Shown: positions 48,383 through 55,755 of the stretch, piece by piece
How positions within the stretch are numbered: the stretch's first letter is position 1
Layout: each line of letters opens with the position of its first letter
Origin: Vicugna vicugna
Taxonomy: Eukaryota
NCBI GenBank assembly: GCA_013265495.1
Contig: MU058065.1
Location: 4,567,003-4,622,757, forward strand
Length of the DNA stretch: 55,755 nucleotides
Direction: 5' to 3'
Notes under the pieces: model-generated
The model's input: only the letters and a program-made list of their open reading frames with translations
Database searches by the model: none
Told to the model about the DNA's origin: nothing
Translations under genes and position numbers: made by a program

Positions 48383-49865
48383 CACCACCATTTCCCCATC
48401 CCTCCCCAATCTACGAGACCAGTTTTGCTTCTGGAGCCCTGTGAAGCTTTCTCAGTCTCCTTTTATTGTCTCCACTCTCTGCCACCAATCTGTGTCTGGA
48501 TGGCACATTCTTTGTACTTTATAGCCCATCTTTCTTGTTGTTTTGCTTCTGTCTTCTCCCTTGAACTTCAGCCACTAAGTTGAGCTCCTGGACTGTTATT
48601 CTCCTGGTACTGGACCACCCTTAAGAAGATGCGATTTTCCCAGCTACCATGCTGTCTGCTTGCTCGTCATCTGGGAAGGTGACCAATGAACCAGACAAAC
48701 CCACTTTGGCAAAAAAAAAAATGAGATTTTCATTGACTACTTGCTATGTTCATTTGCTATAATATATACACAACACTGATTGAATAGAAACCTCAGATTT
48801 TGGACTCTACATAGAATAACGTTACCTAGCTCTCTCCAGCTCACTTTAGATTACCTGTTGTTTCAGATCCTTGTCTGTATAATAATTAGTTGGTAGCTAT
48901 GATTCTAAATCCATATTCCCCAGGCTTTGACTACTCTTTTTTTCAGATGCATCCAAACTCCTGATCTGATCCACAATGTTGTATCATTGAATGAGACTAT
49001 TATTAACAGTATCTGTGAGATCACAGAATCAAAGGCTTAGAGGCAAAGCCAAGACCAGACCAGATTTTCTTATCCCTTGTTAAATAATCTTTCTACAACC
49101 TTTTACTGCTTTGCTGAGAAGATAAAAAGACCACAGGCCATCTGGTCCAGACAAAATAAAGATAATCAATGATGATTTTCCAGAATATTCACAAGGGTTG
49201 ATGCTTTTTCATTTCCACTAGGAACGGAAGAGAAAAAGAGCTTAAGCTGTGTGCCACATATTAAAAATAATTTATTATGGCAATATATTCTTGAGAAAGC
49301 TGTGAAAATTTCTTCTAGAGTAAATTTCCTTCTGCCTAGGATGTGTTCAGTATTGTACATGAAGGCAGAAAATGATCTATGTGATTTCAAGCATCCAGCA
49401 CAATGCTTCTTACCTAGTAAGGGCTTAACAAACAGTTTAAATTAAAAAGGTAAATCTAACCTTGAATTCTAAAATAGATGACCCATTAACAAAAATGGAA
49501 ACTACACAAATAAAATCCAAGAGACAGCACAATTGGCGCTTAGGTACATAATAAAATCTATCAGCTGTCGAGTTGGAAAATAGTATTTGAAACCCTACCT
49601 TAAACTGTTTTTCTTAAATGGTTGCTGTTGATATATCTACCTAACTCAAAACACAGGGCTACTTCCCCAGATAAGTTAAACAATTGAAAACACAATGTTA
49701 AAGAGTGAAAAGATCAGGGTAAAGTTATGTCTGCCTCTTATGGGAAAATGATCAGTTTTGACAAGTTTGCCTTGGACAAGATCACAACCATTTTATAATA
49801 ACGACACGTAAGTGTGAAGTTTGATTGCACCAACCATAGTATGGTCACTTTAAGTGCTGGGCAAA

Positions 49866-50099
49866 TTTTTTTTATTTTAGTTAAAAAAGAATTTTTTTTA
49901 TTGAAGTGTAGTTGACTTACTAGGTAAGTTTCAGGTGTACAGCAAAATCAGTTATACACACACATACATAATATATATATAGTTTCAGGTTATTTTCTTT
50001 TATATGTTATTATAAGAAATTAAATACAGTTCCCTGCGCTATACAGTAGGTCCTCGTTTATCTATTTTACATATAGTACTATGTGTCTGTCAATCCCCA
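49866..50099 (-). mobile_element. Cetartiodactyl-type L1 3' end
   Basis: ttattgaagtgtagttgacttac...tttcaggtgtacagcaaa...agttccctgcgctatacagtaggtcc; diverged TSD aagtgctgggcaa / aggtgttggacaa. Confidence 0.8.
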
Positions 50100-50189
50100 A
50101 GGTGTTGGACAATCTTAACGGCCTTATTTCTCAAGTGACAAGTGATATCTGTATCTGACAGATCTTATAGATTTAACAAATATTAGATA

Positions 50190-50405
50190 TTATGATAATT
50201 GTTTTCCATTAGTTATCTCATTTAATCCTGAGAGCAACACAATTGCATAGAAAATATGATAATTTCCATGTAATACATGAGAGAAACAAAAATAAGAGAG
50301 GTTAAGAAATTTGCCCAAAGTCACATAGTTAATAAAGGATGGAGTCAGGCTACAATGTAAGCAGACTGATTCCAGAATATGTGACTGTCGCCACTGCAAC
50401 ATTAA
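50190..50405 (-). mobile_element. MIR SINE
   Basis: atctcatttaatcct...gagaggttaagaaatttgcccaaagtcacatag. Confidence 0.75.
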
Positions 50406-50659
50406 ACTCCACGGCTAATCTGAGTGTAGTTCACAGCAAGGCATTTCAGTCTATTGATCACAAAATCATGTTAAATGTGCTGAGCACTTATGGTCAGGAC
50501 TTTGGCGGATAAACAAATGAGCAAGACATTCTCAAGAAGCTTACAGGTGACATGTATGATTTGCTTACGGCTTCATTAATGAAATTACAGGAAGAAATAC
50601 AAATCCCATGATTCTCCGAGAGTTGAGATTCCCTTTCAAAATGAACCATTATATGGTTT

Positions 50660-51106
50660 ACTTAGTGGACACATAGTTCCTTGCCGCATAACAGTCCAGC
50701 ACATGCCAAAAGCGGTCCTACTGCAAGAACCCATGAATCCTTCCCTGAGGGCTTTCTTATGGTCCTTACATGTGTAGAGTGGGCAGGTAGGAAACTCAGG
50801 AAGTTCATGCTCACTCAGCCAGGGACTGCTGGGATTAAAGGATAAGTACTTCTGCTTCCTCACCCTTCAAAGGGAGTATCTCTGAGATGTAATCTGCAGA
50901 GTCTTCGAAAGTCCCCAGCAAGACTGAGCCTCAGTTGCCCAAAGTGATAACCTGTGTAAGAATATATATAGTTTATTTATCTGCATTCTTCCCTGCCTCA
51001 CTTTCCAATCCTCTCCCAGCACCTTCTGGAATTGCCTCTATATTACACTGCTTGTATTCAAATCTTTAATTTAGACTCTACTCCCAGGGGAAACGAACAT
51101 AGGATA
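50660..51106 (+). mobile_element. ERVL solo LTR, LTR16-like
   Basis: ttccctgagggctttct...gtccccagcaagactgagcctcagttgccca...cttccctgcctcactttcc...cttgtattcaaatc. Confidence 0.7.
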
Positions 51107-52369
51107 ATTTGTGAAGTAATATGATTTCAATAATATGGAAACCCGGTGTCTTGTTGCACCTCTTAGTGTTCTCCCTGTTGAAAAACAATGTTCTGTGCTG
51201 AGACTGGCAGGTTTGAAAACTTCTGGTTTACACAGAATTTGTTGAATTATTTTATGACAGAGAAAGTGAAATGCAATGAGGAGTTCTTGATAGAAGAGAA
51301 GATTGAGGTATCGTTGGTGTGCTGCTCAAATGTAATAAACCTGTTCTGAGGCAGCCTCAAGTGCCTGTCAGAAGTGAGGGCTCTGTGCCTTGACATATCA
51401 AGTAGGGACTCCAAACTACAGAGGAGAAATTCTTCCTCAAATACTTTCAAAAGGGATACTGGCTAAGAGGAGTCAAGTAAAAAAGGAACAAGATCAAGAC
51501 AGTAGGTCAAAGAGTGGAGGAGGTTTTGTATAATGAAAAGGTCCCCAAAATGAAAGTCATGAAGATTGAATTCTAACCCTCCTTTTGTCCTTAAAAAGCT
51601 GCATCACTCCATGAAAGTCAGTTCATTTCTCATCGCTTTATTTTCCTGGGAAATGATGTTTGATTGGATTGCTTTCTTTTTAAAATTTACTTTGAATAAA
51701 GTTACATATTAGCAGATTAGTAGTTGTCTGGGGACAAGGGGAAGGTGATATGGATTACAATGGATAACAATGAAACTTTGACTTGCCATCAAATTGTGCG
51801 TTTTAAATATCATGAAGTGTAAAAAGAAAGCTACATGCTCACTGGAAAATTTTCAAACAGTGTATAAGGGTAATTTCCCCCTTTCTCTTCATAGATTAAT
51901 TATTTTTAAATATTTCTAAATGTTTGAGTTGTTTAGGGTTTAATTCAGGTTTCTCTTCCTTTTCTACACTCTCTTCCTGGTATATTATCAATTACCTTAA
52001 TTTTTAATTCTCTCTATATGTTAATGACTCTGAAATACATAACGTTAGGCTAGAACTGACTTCTAAGTTCCAGACTTACAAATAACATTTCTTTCTAAGC
52101 TCTTCCACTGGGATGTCACATAAACAATTCAAATGTAACATGTCTCAAACTACCTCTTAATATGTCCTATTCACATCCTCTTACAGTCTTCCCCACCTCT
52201 AAGTGACACCATCAAACACTTTCACAATTAAGAAACCTTTCTGTCATCTTTTAAAAATGCAAGTCAAATCATATCTCTCTGTGGCTAAAGTCCTATGAAT
52301 TACTGTTCATTGGAATTGACATGAAATCCACCTTCTTCCCATAGTTTGCTAAGACTTACTGCTTTATGT

Positions 52370-54181
52370 CAGCAATTCTCAAATAATGGTCTGTAGACTC
52401 CTGTAGGTCTCTGGCCCTCAAGAGTCAGTATGACCCAAGCTAATTTTGCAATATACTAAAATGTCATTTTCCCTTTTCATTCTAATATTTGCATGGATGG
52501 TGCAAAGGCAACGTTAAGTAAAACTGTTGGCATCTAGTATGCATATATAAAATCTGTGGCACCGACCTATACTAGTAACCAGGGAATTTTCTCTGTCATA
52601 CATTAGCAGTTAAAGAAAAAAGAAGAAAAAAAGCCAATTTCACATAAGAATATCTTTGATGAAGCACTTAAATTAAAATGATTAATTTTGTTAAATCATA
52701 AGTCTTGATTCTGTCTTTTTAATATTCTGTGTAATGAGACGGAAGATAAGCATAAAGCCATATTTTTCACAAAACATCATTTTTATTTGAAGGAATAACT
52801 GGCAAAAGTATGCTTATTCAGACCTGAATGAGTTTGTCACTTCAAGGCAAACAATTGACAACATGTATTACCAATGTTAAATTCAAACTTTCAAACAAAC
52901 ACTAAAATTTCAGTACAGTTTTGTCCACCACCATGCGCTTGACAGCTTCTCAATATTTAAAAACTTTTCTGATGACATCAGTGGTAATTTTAATAAATGT
53001 GATATTTTGGGGGATAATATACAATAAAATGTATCAACATTTGGAAGATCTGCATTATTCGGTGAGCCAACATTTTCCAAATGACTGACAAATAATGTAA
53101 ATATTTATGCTGAGTAAAGGATCCACTCAAAGTGCAAGGCAAACCAACGTGTTCAATGTAAAAGAGTATAAAAAATTCACTGCTACGACCTCAGTTATTC
53201 CACTTTGCAACTTGTCTTTAAGAAAGTACCACTTGTTGAGTTTTGGTGTAGTATCAAAGAAAACTAGGCACAATTTAATGAAACTATATTATAATAGTTC
53301 TTCCTTTTTTAACTACATATATGTACAAAGCTGGATTTTCTTCACAGACTTCAACCAAAACAGCATACCTCAAAAGTCTGAATTTAGTAACATGTATAAG
53401 ACTATAACTCTCTTCTATTAGATATTAAAGAGATTTACAAAATACACAGTATCATTCTTCTCTTTCATTTATTTTAGTTTTAGAAAATTAGTTATTTTTT
53501 ATAAGACTATTTTCTATATTGTTGTGTCAGTTTCCTAGGATCAGCATAACAAATTACCATAAACTTGGAAGCTTAGAACAACAGAAATTTGTTCTCCCAG
53601 AGTTCAAAGGCTAGGTGTCTGAAATCAAGGCATTGGCAGGATGTGTTCTTTCTAGAGGCTCTAAGGGATATTGCTTCTCTAGAAGCTTCTGGAGGCTGCC
53701 AGCAAGGCTTAGTGTTCCTTGGCTCACAGACCCATCGCTCCAAGTTCAGCGTCCAACTTCACAGGGCCTCCTTCTCTCCTCTGTGTCTCTATTTTGCTTC
53801 CCCTTCTCTTCCCTTCTAAGATCCTGTCATTGGATTGAGGACTTACTCTCATCCAGGATGATCTCATCTAGAGTCCTTTCACTTAATCACATCTGCAAAA
53901 ACTTTTTTTTCCCCCAAAACAAGTCACTTTTACAGGTTCTGTAAGTTAGGACATGGACTTACCATTTTTGGCTATCACCATTCAACTCACTACAACATGT
54001 AATGCATTCATTGTTGTTATTTGTATATGAAGTAATAAATACATATTTTTAAAATTTCTCCATTTTGATGGTAAGGTTATAAATATCAATAGGTACAATT
54101 CACAGAAACAAAAACGTTTGGGGATCCTCAACCATTTGCAAGAGTGTAAAAGAGTCTTGAGACCAAATGGTTTGAGCTCTG
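52370..54181. mobile_element. hAT-Charlie DNA transposon, Charlie1a-like internal-deletion derivative
   Basis: Terminal cagcaattctcaaa...tttgagctctg; internal gcttgacagcttctcaatatttaaaaacttttctgatga and gtatcaacatttggaagatctgcat; degenerate 8-bp TSD ctttatgt / ctccacgt. Confidence 0.8.
53523..53994 (-). mobile_element. MaLR solo LTR MLT1C-like, nested in Charlie1
   Basis: tcagtttcctagg...ataacaaattaccataaacttgg...acaacagaaattt...atccaggatgatctcatc...accattcaactcactaca. Confidence 0.85.
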
Positions 54182-54759
54182 CTCCACGTAGTCTGCTTCC
54201 CATCCAAACTTATCCTGCTGCCTCATACTCACAATTTCTCTGCTGCTTGTGGCTTTTCAGATCTTGAAACACTCCAAACTTTCTCTCTTTGGGTGCCTCC
54301 AGAATGGGAGTTTGTAAGTCTATGCTCTGATCTCTGCAATGTCAATGACACTTTCTCTCATGCTCCTCACTAGTGAATGAGAAGACTGGAGCTAAAGTAG
54401 TCTGCATGTCCTTTGGATCAAGAATTATATCAGTTGAAATGTCTCAGTTGAAATGCCATCTCTTCTGGAAGGCATCACCAACCATCTTGTCTGTAGAAAC
54501 ATCCTCTCATTCCGTCTCACAGAATCTTCCCTTTTTTTTCCAAAAGTTTTATCAATACTTTTTCCTATGTTTAGTCTACATTTTTTACTTTAAAAGGATT
54601 ATTGTCAATATCCTTCAGTAGACTATAGCTTCTTGAAGACTTTTACCATGCCTATTTTATTTAATATTGTGTATACTCAGCTTAGCTCAGAGGAATCAAT
54701 CGGAAAATATCATTTCAATGAATAAAGAAAAAAGTGGAATCTGAGTTAACTTACATATC

Positions 54760-55170
54760 TTCTCTGTATAAAGGCATACGTACATATAAAGTATGTATTT
54801 TCAGAGCACAAAGTGGGTTAAATATAAACTGATCAAAAATTTACCTTTTTTTTTCTGAATACATGTTAGTCAAGTTTCCATTTCTGTATAAATGAATTCT
54901 AGCTTATCGTTTCTTAATGACCACATGGTTTATCACAGTATGGTGTGTGCCATCTTATAAACTAACTACTCCTCAGTTGATGGAAACTTAGGTCTTTTTT
55001 TAACATTTGTTCTTATAAATATCATCCTTTTACATATATCTTTGTGTGTACATGTTTAACTGAACGTAAAGCTGCTAGGTTAGAAGATTTGTGCATTTAA
55101 ATTTTTTGATGGAAGAAACCAAATTGATATGCAAAATAGCTGAACAAATTTATTCTTCTCACCAATGCTT
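54760..55170 (-). mobile_element. Ancient L1ME-like fragment
   Basis: gttgatggaaacttaggt...tgctaggttagaag...caaatttattcttctcaccaa. Confidence 0.55.
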
Positions 55171-55286
55171 TAGCTAGTCTAAACTGACTAGATGATAAAA
55201 CTTGGGAAGTTTCTAGACTGATCTAACCAAGACCATTCTCCCATTGGCCTACCTCCGTGCTTAAAGTGTTTCTTCAATAGTTGAAG

Positions 55287-55755
55287 GTGTCTTGTCTTAT
55301 GTTTAAGTCTTTAATCCATTTTGAGTTGATTTTTGTATATGGTGTAAGGGAGTGTTCTAGCTTCATTGTTTTACATGCTGCTGTCCAGTTTTCCCAACAC
55401 CATTTGCTGAAGAGACTGTCTTTATTCCATTGTATATTCTTGCCTCCTTTGTCGAAGATGAGTTGACCAAAAGTTTGTGGGTTCATTTCTGGGCTCTCTA
55501 TTCTGTTCCATTGGTCCATATGTCTGTTTTGGTACCAATACCATGCTGTCTTGATGACTGTAGCTCTATAGTATTGTCTGAAGTCTGGGAGAGTTATTCC
55601 TCCAGCCTCTTTCTTTCTCTTCAGTAATGCTTTAGCAATTCTAGGTCTTTGATGGTTCCATATAAATTTTATTATGATTTGTTCTAGTTCTGTGAAATAT
55701 GTCCTGGGTAATTGGATAGGGATTGCATTAAATCTGTAGATTGCCTTGGGCAGTG
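55287..55755 (-). mobile_element. Young LINE-1 ORF2 segment, open reading frame continuing off the window
   Basis: Minus strand from 55753 reads [16 protein letters not shown]...[23 protein letters not shown]...[10 protein letters not shown]...[11 protein letters not shown], about 155 codons without a stop; these are hallmark L1 ORF2p motifs downstream of the RT domain. Confidence 0.95.

Larger units (their letters stand above)
51930..54727 (+). mobile_element. LINE-2 (pieces ~51930-52365 and ~54190-54727) split by Charlie1
   Basis: ttccactgggatgtc...aaatgtaacatgtc...aaaatgcaagtcaaatcat on the left; ctcagttgaaatgccatctcttctggaagg...tagactatagcttcttgaag...aatgaataaa on the right. Confidence 0.65.

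Noticed and set aside
53107..53421. Domesticated Charlie transposase ORF
   Set aside because: Lies in a decayed, internally deleted, LTR-interrupted element with no long transposase frame
23..55627. ORF-track entries as host genes
   Set aside because: All are 120 aa or shorter, many start at non-ATG codons, most overlap repeats or microsatellites, and none resembles a known protein except L1 ORF2 (55274-55519); RPS16 is read in frames the track does not list
1..55755. CRISPR array, operon, prophage or other prokaryotic defence system; CpG-island promoter
   Set aside because: Sequence is mammalian, has no regularly spaced repeat-spacer array or gene-dense segment, and has no extended CpG-rich island

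Overview
AT-rich mammalian genomic DNA, not prokaryotic. It is most likely camelid (camel/alpaca/llama), judged from a Vic-1-like tRNA-derived SINE, cetartiodactyl-type L1 3' tails and the absence of Alu, B1, BovA/BovB, PRE or Can-SINEs. I find no intact host protein-coding gene: nearly all ORFs in the track are chance ORFs in repeats or non-coding DNA. Two coding remnants are recognisable: a decayed processed pseudogene of ribosomal protein S16 (~44088-44658, +) and an uninterrupted piece of young L1 ORF2 running off the right edge (-). Roughly half of the window (by eye) is interspersed repeats: MIR, L2, old and young L1, MaLR MLT1 LTRs, LTR16/LTR33-like ERVL LTRs, MER5 and Charlie1. All subfamily names are from recall, not RepeatMasker. 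The items most worth a second look are a very clean microexon or recursive-splice-site motif (10553-10601), three (possibly four) 5'-inverted twin-primed L1 insertions, a 33-bp L1 insertion with 16-bp TSDs, two perfect palindromes inside old LTRs, a CTCF-like motif built across an LTR insertion junction, and several repeat-free segments that look like enhancers. I cannot support a new biological system from this sequence alone.
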